From contig OX597819.1 in NCBI GenBank assembly GCA_951406725.2, positions 42,036,001-42,100,000 of the forward strand: a stretch of 64,000 nucleotides of DNA, read 5' to 3'. Each line of letters opens with the position of its first letter. The first letter of the stretch is position 1. Below the pieces are notes generated by a model. That model ran no database searches, was not told where the DNA came from, and saw nothing but the letters and a program-made list of their open reading frames with translations. Below, one piece after another: positions 1-14,384 of this stretch. This DNA is from Octopus vulgaris (Eukaryota). The translations under genes were made by a program, and so were the position numbers.

Positions 1-440
1 AGAGCATTAGAAAGAGTTTCACCAGTACATGCTATTCTGTGATTTGACAGGAAGTTTATGATCTGAAAGATGGACAGAGCCCATATGCAGGTAGTTTAGT
101 TACTTGTGCATGCCAGAAACAGCTGAATGTTTTTCTGCCACCATGTGTAACAATAGTGTTTATGCCAAATTTCTCAAGGTTAAGAATCCAGTGTTGAAAA
201 AGCAAGTCTCCAGGTTTTATGGAATCCATTCTGGTTACCACTGAGATAGGAAGGAGATGGATTCAAGGTATCAGAGAAAGTGGTTGCTAATGGTTATTAC
301 CATCACTTTTGAGATGGTTAAAGTGGGAGAGATATTGAGGAGGCTTATTTTTAATATTTTTAAACTGAAGAATGACTGTACTAAATACTTTAATGAGAAA
401 ATCTTATTGAATATTTTGATACATCACTTGCTCATCTATC
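1..440 (-). mobile_element. Degraded non-LTR retrotransposon RT fragment (Jockey/CR1-group-like)
   Basis: Frameshifted minus-strand peptides ISKVM..., LSGNQNGF, GDLL, WHAQVTKLPAYGL and IINFLSNHRIA match RT domains 1-3 of LINEs. Confidence 0.6.
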
Positions 441-751
441 ACAAAAAAGGTTTCTAAAATATCACCCAAACCAAACATGTGCCATTGAAATTAAAATGGC
501 CTAATAAATATATGGATACAAAGAGAAATCAACAAGGAGATGAAAGATAAAGCATTAAAGGGGAACACTTCAGGATTGTCTATTTCCAGGCAAATTCCAA
601 TTCAGTATTTCAGATGTAACATCTTTGAAGACCCAACAGTCTCACACAATAAGGAATTTATTGTACATTTAACACTGTTTTTCTACTTCTCATAAGTAAA
701 AGTAACTCAAGTTTGTTAATGCCAATGGAAGAGAATACCAAGCCTAACATA

Positions 752-1530
752 CGAGGTGGTGTCAAAAGTTTTCTGGACTAGTTCTGTAGGGTGCCAACAG
801 ATGGCAGCATATGGTTGCATGTGCAGTGAGAGCTAGCAGCGACCTTCATGAGGTAGTGTGCCAAGTGACATCACTGCATTTACTTCACAAGCTGAGAAAT
901 TTGTGTTTCGTATTCACGTGTGTGGTAGTCTGCGATTTTGTCATAGACAAGAACAAAGAGCCAACGTGAAATTTTGCATTAAACTAGGGAAGTCTGCTAC
1001 AGAGCAGAGACACTGAGCATGCTTTGGTAAGCTTACAACAACGAGGCAATGGGTCACACACACAATGTTTCAAGTGACACAGAAGAACATCCCTGGAAGA
1101 CAATAAGTGATATGGGAAGAACTGTCACGAGTGTCACCCATGGAAATGTGGCATTGTGCATTGAGAATTTGTCCCCCAGGGCCAGACTGTCAATCGAGAG
1201 TTCTACTGCAACGTTTTGAAGCGTTTGAGGGAGGACATTTGGTGAAAACAACTGGATCTGTGGAGCATGAAGAATCCAATTCTTCATGACAACAATGCAC
1301 TCTGTCACTGAGCTTTCTTCACTTGTGAGTTTCTTGTCAAAAACAATATGGTATCACACCTGCTTGATTTGCCAGATTTACCACCTGCGGACCTTCAGCT
1401 CTTTCCCAATGTGAAAATGCAACTCAAAGGTTGCTGTTTTAACATCATTGTCAAGATCTGGCGTGAATTGCAGATGGTCCTTGACTTGCTTATGGAAAGC
1501 AACTTCCTGGCTGGATTCCAAAAGTGGTTG
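752..1530 (+). mobile_element. Decayed mariner transposon
   Basis: TA plus TIR-like CGAGGTGGTGTCAAAAGTT at 750. Fragmented peptides EQRANVKFCIKLGKSATE, EFVPQGQTVNREFYCNVLKRLRE, ILHDNNA and PDLPPADLQLFPNVKMQLKG (YSPDLAP-D-like motif). Confidence 0.9.
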
Positions 1531-3830
1531 TCAAACAGTGATAGAGGAGGGGGACAAACACAGACACAAAGACACACAAATAAATACATACATATATGAT
1601 GAGCTTCTTTCAGTTTCTACCTATCAAATCTACTCACATGGCTTTGGTTAGCCAGTGGTTATAGTAGAAGACACTTGCCTAAGGTGCCAAGCATTTAAAT
1701 TAATAGTGTCCATATGACCCTTGAAAGTCCATATAGAATTTTGTTGTTAAAATTTATGTGCAATAAATCGATTACTCTTCTACAATACACAAAATATAAA
1801 AAATTTTTTTATACATTTCCTAATAATGTTTAATTCTAAAAATTCAAGAGGATCTTATAAACATCGAATGACTGTGGAGATCCGCCTTGAGAAAGAAAAA
1901 TCAAAGGAGTCCAAAGGTAAAGAGTGGTTGAGAATCACAGGTTCAAATGATCGATGAAATTTTTTATTTTATATTTTGCTATGATTTTGTAGTGTAGCTG
2001 TGAGATGAAGAAGTTTACTTCCCAACTACATGGTATCTGGTTCAATCCCACAGCATAGTACCTAGGACAAGTGACTTCCTCTGCAGCCCTAGATTGAGCA
2101 AAGCTGTGTGAGTGAACTTGGAAGATGAAAACTGAAAGAAGACTGTCAGATATGTATGTGTGTGTATGTGTGTACATGTGACTGTGTGGTAAGAAGATTG
2201 CTTCCCAACCACATGGTTCTGGGTTCAGTTTCACTACATGGTACCTTGGGTAAGTGTCTGCTACTATAACCTCAGGCCAACCAAAGCCTTGTGAGTGGAT
2301 TTGGTAGGTGGAAACTGAAAGAAGCCTGTTTTATATATATGTATGTGTCTTTGTTTGTCTCCTTCTCACACACACATCATCACTTGACAACCGGTGGTGG
2401 TGTATTTACATTCCTGTAACTTAAATGTTTGCCATGAGAGACCAATAGAATAAGTACTTGGTTTAAAAAAAAAAGTTTTGGGGTTGATTTGTTTGACTAA
2501 AACCTTTCAAGACAGTGCTCCTGTATGGCTGCAGTCAAGTGATTGAATCAAGTAGAAGAATAAAAGAATATATATATATATATACCATCAGCATTTAACA
2601 TCTATGTTCCATGCTGGCATGAGTTGGACAGATGTATGGTTGTGTATGAGTGAGTTTGTATTTCCCTTTGTCTTCACGTGTGTTTGCTGGTTGTAGACAT
2701 AAGTCTCATTTATGGTATTGTTTTAAGTTCTCTGCATGACCACGTCCGAGCTGTTTGTTGTTCAACAGATTGAGAGATTATTAATCAACTTGGAAACAGG
2801 TGGGGGTGGAGGCATCAGTAAGGGCTGTAGGAAATTCTGCCCCATGCAAGCATAGAAAAGTAGACATGATGATGATGATATTTTTAATATTGTCTTTGCT
2901 ATTAAGGCGGTGAGCTGGTAGAAACGTTAGCACACTGGGTGAAATGCTTAGCAGTATTCGTCTGTCTTTATGTTCTGAGTTCAAATTCTGCTGAGGTCGA
3001 CTTTACCTTTCATCTTTTTGAGGTTGATAAATTAAGTACCAGTTATGTACTGGGGTCGATCTAATTGACTGACCCCTCCCCACAAACAGAAAAAAAATTT
3101 GGGGCCTTGTGCCTAGAGTAGAAAAGAATATTGTCTTTGATAGTTTGTTGTGAATATTAACGATGATTGTGTAGTTAAGAATGGTTTCAGATTTAGTCCC
3201 ATTGCTTGGCACCTTGGGCAAGTGTTTTCTGCTATAGCTCCACATCAACCTTGTGAATGGATTTCGAAGATGGAAACCAAAAGAAATCCCTAATATATAT
3301 ATATATTCTTTTATTCTTTTACTTATTTCAGTCATCTGACTGAGGCCATGCTGGAGCACCACTTTAGGTTTTAGTCAAATAAATTGACCCCAGGACTTAC
3401 TCTTTGTAAGCCCAGTACTTATTCTATCAGTCTCTTTTGCCGATCCACTAACCTACAGGGACATAAATATACCAACATAGGGTTGTCAAGTGACAGCGGG
3501 GGGGGGGGGGACAAACAAAGACGCACATACATAAATGCATGTGTGTATATACATACATTTGTGTGTTTGTCCCTCCACCATCACTTGATCACTTAACCAT
3601 ATATATATATATATATATTACACACACACATATATATACATATATTACACACACATATATATACAATGGACTTCTTTTCAGCTTCCATCAATCAAATCCA
3701 CTCATAAGGCTTTGGTTAGCCTGAGGCTATAATAGAAGGCATTTGCCCAAGGTGCTATGCAGTGGGACTGAACTCAGAACAATGTGGTTAGGAAGCAAGC
3801 TTCTTATCCCACAGCCATGCCTGCACCTAT
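1530..3830. mobile_element. Cluster of nested tRNA-derived SINE fragments
   Basis: Repeated segments similar to the full SINE copies at 41493-41866 and 30068-30297, on both strands, separated by TA/CA microsatellites. Confidence 0.8.
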
Positions 3831-5249
3831 ATATATATATATATATATATGACGTGTGTTTGTGTGATCTTGTCTTGATATCATGCACTGATTGTAAACA
3901 AATGGTCCCTATCATACAAGTAGTGTTGTTCATTTGCAATCCTCGATGAAAACAACTCTGGCCACTTTGCTGTTTATGATAAAACCAACCTAGAGGAAAT
4001 ATTACTTTGTTTGGAAGTAGGTAAGAGTTGATGACAGGTAGAGTATTCAGCCATAGATAAATCCATCTTAATATTCATCTACTGCAAACATGGAAAAGTA
4101 GATGTTAAAATGAAGACAATGACAATATATATACTAACTGCTTTGTGTATTTTGGAAAAATGCCATAATCAAAAGATAATATTCATTGTCCTAAAAATTG
4201 GATACACTATAATAGTAATGCTCTTCGATTGCTTGGGCTGATCTGAGTGGCTAGCAGTATAATATGGCACAGCAATAGATCAGCTACCCTGATCTATTGT
4301 TGTCAGTTTAAAATGCTGTGGTAGTTATCCAATGAACTGATGTTGATGGGTTTAATAAATACAGTAAATGAGCAAAGATTCTTGTGAAAAGGTGAGAGGG
4401 AAAGGTAAAAAGAGAGGGAATGACACACATTAAGAAGCCCAACTGACTTCAGTTAGCTGGTTTTTATTTAATGCTAAAAGGACTTTTGTATTACCCTATA
4501 TAAATATACATAGAAACCTAACTTTAGTAATCACACTGCTATAAATTCTTTTCTATATTTAAACTATTGCTTGTGGTTATTCATTAGCAGTATTTACAGT
4601 TTGAGCAGGCATAAAGTTGCTAGTTTGAAACATCAGCATTAGCAGACAAACCGATTCATTCCTACATGAAGAGACACAAAGACAGTTTGAAGAACTACTG
4701 ATCTAACTACATATCTATTTATAACAACCAACAAAAGGGTGGACATAAACTGAGTATAAAAGCACAGTGAGCAGTCTGTTGAAGGTAACTTGTATTTGAG
4801 GGGGACCAAGGAGACATGAGAAGTAATAAGAAACGAGAAAAGGGCACCACAAACAAAATGAAACATGACCAAAATGAATGGATGTAGGCTGTTCTGCAGA
4901 CATGTTCAATCCATGCTTGAAAAAACAGAAGCTAAAATAATAATGATGAAGAGAATAACAAACAACCTTAAATTAGAAAATACAGAGTGCTCAAAAACGA
5001 ATTATAAAATCTAGATGACAACATCCTCAATCACAAGAACACAGTTCAATATCGAAGTTAATTTCATGTAGATAAGAATAACATCTTTCGTTCTTTTTAC
5101 AGGCATTTTTTAAGATTTCACAACAAGGTCCAGTTCTTGTTGAGATAAGGTAGTATGTATTATACCAGCAAGTTCCTGATAGGGCTTCCCATGCTGGACA
5201 GGTCAAAGGACAGAGGTCAGACAATAAGGACTGCCTTTTCCCAGAGGTA

Positions 5250-5509
5250 AAAATGGGTTTGCAACACTCTTAGGGCCAACACTCTTACCTAGAAAAAAAA
5301 GCAAAGTTACAAAAGCATTGATGACAATTAAAGACCAACAAAACCTAGGAGAGGAAAACCTTTCCTTCGGGAAACATATGACTAAAGCAGAGCTGAAAAA
5401 ACAGGGATCCAACTGGAGACAAGCAAAAATGACAGCCCACAGTTGAGAACAGTGGAAAAAAGTCATCAATGGCCTATGCTCTATAGTTAGCAAAAGGATT
5501 AAGTAAGTA
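5250..5509 (+). mobile_element. Old RTE-type LINE 3' remnant
   Basis: Degenerate C-terminal peptide ...EQWKKVINGLCS followed by a (TAAG)n tail. Confidence 0.55.
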
Positions 5510-8338
5510 TAGGTTAGATGAGTGTATTACTGAGGCATCCTTTTAAAGCCAGATGTCCTTCCTATTGCTAAACCTTATCTGCAAGCACAAAGCTAATGGG
5601 AGATTTGTTGACAAGGGAAATGGTAACAATGTCACTGCTTGTGGCTCAGATTTTTGGTGAAGGACAAATATAAACAAACACAGAGACACACACACATGGT
5701 ATTCTTTCAGTTTCAGTCTATCAAATCTATTCATAAACAATAAAGCAATCTAGGATAATAGTAGAAGACATTTGTCCAAGGTACCATAGAGTGGGACTGA
5801 ACTCAAAACAACGTGGACAGGAAGTGAACTTCTTAACCACAGCCCTCCTGTGCACTGCAAATCTTTTATTAATTGACTTCACAACAGAATTGCACTGCCA
5901 TGTCTTGAGTACTTCAACAAATTAAGTTTACTCATAGATATTTGATAAACTTAACGCAATAATTTGGAACGGTTAGTACATAATAATAAACAGTAAAGCA
6001 ATCTCAAAGTAAGACGTGCATTACAAACAAATTATGGAAAAATGATATTACATAATAAATTAGAAAGATAGTCAATTTGTTTTAATACCATGGTTGTTTC
6101 ATAGCTACAAATGTCAAGATTTGTAACCGAACAAGTTTGTCAAACAAACATGATTATTTTAACTTATAGGATGGTCACGGCATAATTGAATATATTGATT
6201 TCTTACACAGACACACGACTAACAATCAGTGTTTAGTTGTGGAGTTACATATTGTCTCAAGTCAGTGCTTGGTTACATGTTGCTATTCAGAATATTATTA
6301 AGTATACAATTAAAGTTTGTATGCGTTTTTGATCTTATTGTGCTCTTTAAAAGATGCCAAACATGTTTGCAGTATCCAAGCACTACAAAATTTCATCCAT
6401 AATAAAAATCTTTTGTAGGTCTTCTCTTTTCCAAGTACATGAATCCTTCAGCCACCATTCTGCTGCTGATGCACTCATATTTAGATATGCAATGTGCTAA
6501 TATGAAGGCTTTTCCTTGTATTGATTCCAAGGGAATTCTCTTTTCAAATATTGTGTATATCCTATTTTTGGAATAAGCACACATCCTTACATCATGTAAA
6601 GAGCAATCAAAAGAATCAGTACAGGAAGAGCATCTGGCCACAAAACAGTCTCAGAAAACCTATCCAACCCAAGCTAACAAAGAAGTTCAAATGTGAAATG
6701 ATGATGATGATCTAAAAATAATTTTGTATGTCAAGATCTTTGTTGCAGTTTTTTCTGAGGAACCTATTGAGCATGTATATGATTTTATTGCATTCTCTTA
6801 GAGAAGTTCTAAGTCAAAACTCAGATTGTGAGTGATAAGGGTCACCAAAATATTTATATTGGCTATCTTTCTGGAAGCATATTGAGTCAGTATTGAAAAT
6901 CATGTTGTAGCAGGTCAACAGTTACCTTTACACATTTGGAGCCATAGAATTTCATCTGCAATGTATCAATCCAAATCTTTAATAACAATAGATTTTTACA
7001 GTAAGAAATCTATGTTAGTGTTTATACATCAAAGTATCAACTGCAAACTTAATGAGATAATTACTTTAGGTAACTCATGTATGACAGGAACAGTGAAAAT
7101 ACCTCCAGCAAAGAACCCTGTAGTACTCCCGATAGTATAGTTGTTACTACTGATTTGCAAACTATTTGTAGCACTACTTTTTAATCAAAACTCTATCCAT
7201 TCTAGGTCTTAATGTTCAATATGTAGTATTTACATTCATATACTAATTCACTAAAAATATATTTTTCATAGGATTTTGCAAAATCTAGTTCAATCACAAC
7301 CATACCGATCTCTATTTTTTTGTCCTAGCTTTCTGCCAGGTCTTGTACTGTTGATAGAGGGTAGGATTCACAGCTGTTGCACTCCTAAGTCATTCTGACA
7401 TTCATTGATCATTTTAATAATATCTAAATGGAACAAGCAGTTTGTGCCATTTGGATGTCATTGAAATGATCAATGACTGTCAGATAGTTGCTGATGTTGC
7501 TTGAGACTCTGTTTTAGAGAAGACAGGTGTAACTGATATTTGGTTTATAGTTTAGTGCGTAAGATTTAGAAGCTTTTTCGTTAATAGGCATGACATTGGA
7601 TTGTATGCCAATCTAAAGAAACATATAGTGTCCAGTGAATGCTGTGTTGTGTCTGGTATTTGCTCATTCATTTGTATTTGTTTTCCCATGATGGCATGGG
7701 TTGGACAAGGACATACTTGAGGCAGCATTTTATAGCCAGATGTCTTTCCTGTCAGCAACCCTTCCTTATTTTTCAAGTAAAGGATATTTTATTCTATTGG
7801 GCTCTGAAAGTGAAGATGAGGAATGACAACTTTCACATATATGTGCATTCACGATTGGGTTCCATACAGTTTCCATTTACCAATTCCATTCACAAGGCAT
7901 CAGTCAACTCCAGGCTATAGAAGACCCTTGCTCAAAGTGTTATGCAGTGAGATGGAACCCAAAACTTTACAAAGTAACTCTGAATCCACGCAAAATATAA
8001 CTGTGCTATTACACTAGATGCAATATTATTGACTAGGTGGGTAGTTAGTATGGTCACTGGGCTAAGATTATTAGGTAGGCTTAGGATTCCTCATGTATCC
8101 ACTTACATGAGGTCAAAAACTAGTGATTCTTCCCAATCATTAGGTTAAGTGAGGGAGTTTGCCATCATAATAAGTATCTAGTGATACTAAATCATAGATC
8201 ATCATCATCGTTTAACGTTCACTCTCAATGCTGGCATGGGTTGGACAGTTTGACATGTAGCTGGCTAGCAGGGAGCAGTCCAGACTCCAACTGTCTGTTG
8301 TGGCATGGTTTCTATGGTTGGAAGTGTTTCATCATGTA

Positions 8339-8555
8339 CAAGAGAGTGCTGAAAAGTTCTTGGCTTTAAGGATATTGCGAAAGGCTTGGTTGGAGGCCCA
8401 ATCTTTCGAGTTCTTTTACAAGGTTTAGAAAAACTGAAGGACTGCTGCAATAAGTATATGAATCTGAGAGGGGAATATGTTGAATACAATCATAATTAAT
8501 TGATCCTTCTATATTTTCTTTTACCCAAAGCCAGGAGCTTTCCAGCATCCCCTTG
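8339..8555. mobile_element. Mariner-derived MITE
   Basis: Imperfect ~29-bp TIRs CAAGAGAGTGCTGAAAAGTTCTTGGCTTT / AAAGCCAGGAGCTTTCCAGCATCCCCTTG, with TA on both sides. Confidence 0.8.
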
Positions 8556-9570
8556 TACTAGAAACTCTTTTACTTTTGCAGTGTATTTGTATAAGGAGGT
8601 AGGAATACCATTTCAAGCTTTCAAAATATTTGTTGATCATTAAAATCTTCAATCACCTTTTTTTTCTTTTTGCATAAATTGTTTTGTATTTTTAGCTTTA
8701 CAGTCTGGGTGTGTGTTGGACCTAAAGGTTTTAAACAGAGCCTCTTTTTTTATGTTTTGGATATTTAGGACTTTTAGTAACAATTTTCAATTTTAGTAGA
8801 AATGCACATCAAAATGATGCTGAGAAGTGAATTTTTCAATTTTTGTCCAAATGCAATAGCATCTGGTCCTGGAACATACTACGTAGGTTTCTTGGAAATC
8901 TACAAGTTCTAAGTTTACTTGTTGAATTTCCTTTCTGACTAGATGTTTTGTCTGTTAGTGGATGAATGTTTGGACATTCTGGCCAATGGGATTCATTCAT
9001 TTGTTTGTTGTCTTAATGTCCATTTTTCTAGGCTACCATGGATTGGACAGTGGCTTGTTTAAGAAGAATTTACAGTAAGATGTTCTTCCTGGCACCAACC
9101 CTTGCCTGTTTTCCAAGTAAGAGAATTTTTTATTCCACAGATCTTTGAAAGTGCAAGCTGATCAATCATAATGTCAACAAGAGATGTAAATATCATACTA
9201 TTTCTCTTGAGTGCAAGACATTCTACTGACAAATGAAGCTGTGGGATATCAACATTCACACACACCCATACACACAGTGGGTTCCCTAAAAGTTTCTGCA
9301 CAATGGGACTGAACTCAAAACCACATAGTTCAAAGTGAACTTTTTAACCACAACCTATTCAATATGAAAAGAAATGACTTCATGATAAGAAAAAATCATT
9401 TTCTGTTTCCAGTATTGTTGATGTGCTATCCAAGATGGTGTTACAATTAAGTTGAGTAGGCCTCCGCTTTGTCATGGGTAGGGAATTTTACTAATCCATT
9501 GAAAGAGATTTCCTTTGATCAGAACCAGAAAATCTGTATTTAAGATGTATATTCTGGGCATTTGAGACAG

Positions 9571-10900
9571 TCATCATCATCTAATGTCTGCTTTCCATGC
9601 TGGCATGGGTTAGACACTTTGACTGGAACTGACAAGCCAGGGAGCTGTACCAGGATCCAGTCTGACTTTGGCTTGGTTTCTACAGTTGGATGCCCTTTCT
9701 AATGCCCACCACTCTGAAAGAATAGCAGGTGCCATTTATGTGTCATTGGCACAGGTGCCTTTTACATGTCACTGGCACTGATGCTTTTATGTGTCACCAA
9801 CACAGATGCTGTTACGTGTCACTGGCACTAGCCACAATTACGATTTCACTTAGCTTGACAAGTCTTCTCAAGCACAGCAAATCACCAAAAGTCATGATCA
9901 CCTGTCACAGCCTCCGTGAGACTCCACATTTAAAGATCATGCTTCATTACTTTGTCCCAAGTCTTCCAGAGTCTACCTTTTCCACAAGTTCCTCCACAGA
10001 GATCAGCACTTTTTTATGCAGTTATCCTCATCCATACACATCACATGACCATACCAGCAGAGTTGTATCTCTTATACCTAATTTTTCTTTCAAGATGCTT
10101 ACACTCTGTCGTACATGCACATTGACATTGCACATCTAGCAAAGCAAATTAGGTTCATTCTTCAAGACTTTGCATGAACTCTGCAGCCACAGCCTATGTT
10201 TCACTGCTGTGTAGCATGGCTGTTTGCATACAGGCATCATACAATCTGCTCTTCACTCTGAGGGAGAGACACTTTGTTGCTAACAAAGGTAGAAGCTCTC
10301 TGAACTTTTCCCAGCCTATTCTTATTCTAGCAGCTTATTCTCAGAGCATCCACTTCCACCAATGACTTGGTCACCTAGATAAAGGAAGCTATCAACTACT
10401 AGGTATCCCACCTGGCATTTGATAGTCTATTTTCTGTATATTTCTAATGTTTGTTGTACCAATGCATCTGCCACACACACAAAATATTTTCCCTGTTAAT
10501 CTTCCACTGATACTGCTGCACCTCTTATGTGTCCATAGCTTGGACCAGGTACACCTTATGGAGTTTCTACATATGCCTTTTCTACATATTGAGTATCAAG
10601 AATCATATCAAGAATCTCTGCAAGATTAGAGGGAGACGTGATTTTTGTTTGTCAGCCTACCCGAAGGGATTAGAAATTTTTCAGCTTTCCTATTTACTAA
10701 GACTTTGGTTTTTGCTAAATTAACTCTGAAACCCTTTGATTTCAGAGCTTTCTTCCACTCCTGAAATCTTTTCTCCAGTTCTGGTAGTGATTCAGCTGTA
10801 AGAAGAAAGTCATCAGCATAGAGGAGTCCCAGGAGCAGCTTGACTTATATTCCTTTATTAATGCCTGAAGGATTATGATGAACAAGAGGGGGCTGACAAA
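9571..10900 (-). mobile_element. Old 5'-truncated RTE LINE
   Basis: Colinear similarity to the RTE at 44701-46350: (CAT)n tail, 3' UTR and RT region including the LLYADD-coding segment near 10810-10825. Confidence 0.9.
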
Positions 10901-10945
10901 CAAAAATCACGTCTCCCTCTAATCTTGCAGAGATTCTTGATATGA
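10603..10945. repeat. Perfect 55-bp inverted repeat with 233-bp spacer
   Basis: 10603-10657 is the exact reverse complement of 10891-10945. Confidence 0.95.
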
Positions 10946-12571
10946 CATTGATTTGAGGATCTATATGAGCATACAGTCTTAAGGTATTGCCCATCAATAC
11001 TTACAGTTACATCTATAAGTTTGTACTCTGGTATGTTCATTTGTGACTTTGATGTATTGCTTATTTATACAAATCAATAACATTCCTCTGCTCTGAAGAC
11101 AGATTTCTAATAATGAGTAAAATTTTGGAAAAATTATCCAAGTTATTGACATTGAGGTGTACTTTGGGGTACAATTATTAAATATCTATGCAGCTTAATT
11201 AGTGATTGTAAGATGTGTGTTTATTACACATACCATTTAAGTTTACAATTGCAGGTGGTGTGAGGCTAAGCCATCTACAACAGCAAATAGTGTGTGACTC
11301 TAATTCTCATCTTCTGATATTAAATGAGGATTAAGGTCGCAGCTTCTTTCTGTTTAGAAGTCCCTTTACTAGCACGATTGTATCGAACAGCATATTACTG
11401 GTACGTATTTTATCGATCCAGGGTGATGGTGGAATTTACCGCTTGAAAGGTTTGAACTCTGAACGGAAAAAGATTAAGTAAATATTGCAACGCTTATCAG
11501 GTTTCAGGCACACCCTACGTTCTACCTACAACTATCATTAATTGCTACAATTTCAAAAGAAAAACATAGAATTATTACATCATTCATATGGAGAAGAAAA
11601 AAACACACAAAAGAAAGTAAATAATGAATTGAAACTAATGCACATTTATTACCGAAAACATAATGTGCTAGATTCGTTTAAATTCCGAATAAAATTGACC
11701 CCAAAGTTTAAAGTTAGACCCCATGAGTCTGTGGATTTTCTATAATCCAACCAGCTGATTGACCTAATTAAAAATAAAAGTATATCTCTAAATGTGAATC
11801 CAGTTAACATTTTTTTTTGTTCCATTCAGCATATGCCACGACATCAATTTAACAGCCGATCTAACCTAACCAGTGATTAAAAACGAAGACACAGAAGACA
11901 ACAAATTTGTTACATCTTATAGGAAATATCCATTTACAAAAACGATCAAGCGAAAAATAGGTGAAATTGTTATACGATACTGACACACAGGAAATTGTGT
12001 GGCGTAATTTAGGTCTACAACAAAGTTGACATCAACTTTTCCTCCTGTTTAAGCACCCGTGATGTTACTTTTCGTATACACATTATTTTAATCGTTTATT
12101 TTTCTCACCGTTCTTCCAGTCACAGCCATTTCACATACATGTCTACCTCATTGCAAATATTTTCGGTATAAACCAATAATAGCTTGATGCCCAATTCGCC
12201 CCAAAAGGCTATTATTATAGAGTTATCTAAATGTATTATAATAACAAACATGGCCATCTAACAGAATATGGATTCTTTCACAAAGCTATTTTTGTTGAAC
12301 TTATATATATATAATAATATTAATGAAAAAAAAAGCTCAGCAAAAATGAGTAAGTAGCACAATGAACCTAGAAGATGATCATCCATCGTAGCCCGACAAG
12401 ATGACATAACAACTGACACCTATCAAAAATAATTAAAACAGCTTACGAAACCTTTATTTTAATTGACATTTATTAAATGAGTAGACTATTTGAGAAGCTA
12501 AAATGGAATTTTTAGTTTTAAAATAGATGACTTTAAACAGTACGTACATAATAAAGTGTGTTGAATATATT

Positions 12572-12623
<52 letters not shown>

Positions 12624-12913
12624 TACATATTCACTAAGCGGTAGGTCCAGTAATGTTTGCCGAGAAAGTATTTTCGTACACTGGGTTACATTTCAGGCAA
12701 AAAAAGAAGTATATCACACCAAACAACGAGCAACACAATCAAGACGGTTTAATTATAAATGTAACAATAGTTTAGACATTATATGAGAGTCTAAAAAGAA
12801 GAAAGATTCATACGCATTAACTGTTGTCTCCAAATATTCAATCAACTGAGTTACACCATTAACCTTTTACATTTCATCACAAGACTTAGACAAAATTAAA
12901 TTAGTAATGTTAC

Positions 12914-13046
12914 CTCTAGCTTTCACAGATGGATATAGTTTCTCTGCTTTGTTTAAAAATTTTAACGCTTTTTCCTTTTCGCCATCAGCTATATGTTTTT
13001 CGGCTATCGAAATACACCGTTCACTCTCATCCTTATTGCCCTCCAT
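12914..13046 (-). CDS. DNAJB12: DnaJ homolog subfamily B member 12/14, first coding exon (133 nt)
   Basis: MEGNKDESERCISIAEKHIADGEKEKALKFLNKAEKLYPSVKAR closely matches the DNAJB12/14 N-terminus (MESNKDEAERCI...). It ends at a phase-1 donor G|GTAAC. No downstream exon was recognised in the window. Confidence 0.92.
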
Positions 13047-13059
13047 CTTGACTGTATAG

Positions 13060-13130
13060 CCTTCGACGGGAAGTGAAACTCCACAGTAACGCAAGTTTTG
13101 ATTGGCTTCGATGACACACTACGTCATTAC
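13060..13130 (-). promoter_or_regulatory. Probable DNAJB12 proximal promoter/5' UTR
   Basis: CpG-enriched segment just upstream of the ATG with an ETS-like GGAAGT, a CCAAT box (ATTGG) and a CRE-like TACGTCA. Confidence 0.45.
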
Positions 13131-13184
13131 CTTATCTGATGGCCGACAATATCATCGTCTGTACTTGATATGATGATATTTATC

Positions 13185-13220
13185 ATATAAATATAAATAC
13201 ATATATACATACATGTACAT

Positions 13221-13314
<94 letters not shown>

Positions 13315-13482
13315 TACAGGGAAAGACTACCTCTAAGAGAGAGAACTCAATACAAACAGAATAAGAATTGTTATTGTGTGGATGTTGGAAAGTTCATGAG
13401 TTTACAGTCAAGTGACAAGTAATTTCATCCTGAAAGGAAACCCCCCCCTCTCTCTCTCACACACACACATTGTGTGTGTGTA

Positions 13483-13530
<48 letters not shown>

Positions 13531-13640
13531 AACACATTTATATATATACATACATATATATGTATGTATGTAGTATGTATGTATGTATGTATGTATGTAT
13601 GTATGTATGTATGTATGTATGTATGTATGTATGTATGCAT
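13185..13640. repeat. Compound microsatellites (TA)n, (CT)n, (CA)n, (TATG)n
   Basis: Directly visible. Confidence 0.95.
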
Positions 13641-13898
13641 GTATATGTGGCTGTGTGGTAAGAAGCTTGCTTTTCAACTACATATTTTGGGGTTCAGTCT
13701 CACTACATGGCACCTTGGGTAAATGACTTCTATTATAGCTTCAGGCTGACCAAACTTAGCACTTTGATAAAAAGAGACTGCTAGAATAAGTACCAAGCTT
13801 TAAAAAAATAAGTACTGAGGTCAATACATTTGACAAAAAATCTTTCAAGACGATGCCCCAGGATGGTCACAGTCGAATGACTGAAAGAAGTTAAAGAT

Positions 13899-13967
<69 letters not shown>

Positions 13968-14113
13968 GGTTAAGTAATTGAGATTCTAGTGAATTCTAAA
14001 GAATTCACATGAATATGGTCCTTAACTAGGATGCACCGGATATCTATATGGTGTTAACCATACGACAAGTGGGGTGATTATAAATAGGAAAAAGCAACAA
14101 GAATGGATTAAAA

Positions 14114-14200
14114 TCTCGGTACGATCGTTTCGTACGAGGACATCTTTAATAAGCTACAAAAATGCAGTGAATACAGATGGCTCGTACTCATCAGCCGAAA
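14114..14200 (-). ncRNA. Type I hammerhead ribozyme motif
   Basis: TTTCGG-CTGATGA-GTACGAG...CTCGTAC-GAAA-CGATCG-TA-CCGAGA: complete core, stem I, stem II and palindromic stem III. Confidence 0.85.
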
Positions 14201-14269
14201 AAATATCAGAGAATTCCCAAACATCAAAAACATCAAAAGGGGTAGATGTTTGGGAATTCTCTGATATTT

Positions 14270-14357
14270 TTTCGGCTGACGAGTACGAGCCATCTGTATT
14301 CACTGCATTTTTTGTAGCTTATTAAAGATGTCCTCGTACGAAACGATCGTACCGAGA
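14270..14357 (+). ncRNA. Type I hammerhead ribozyme motif
   Basis: TTTCGG-CTGACGA(14276-82)-GTACGAG...CTCGTAC-GAAA(14340-43)-CGATCG-TA-CCGAGA. Predicted cleavage after GUA at 14349-14351. Confidence 0.85.
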
Positions 14358-14384
14358 TTTTAATCCATTCTTGTTGCTTTTTTC

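Noticed and set aside
12867-13094. Full 75-aa ORF as the DNAJB12 product
   Set aside because: It starts at a non-ATG codon and reads through the splice donor; homology covers only 13046-12914.
13213-13722. ORFs rich in YI, YVCM and HTYI
   Set aside because: Translations of microsatellites.
14074-14325. Overlapping ORFs on both strands
   Set aside because: By-product of the palindrome; no protein similarity recognised.
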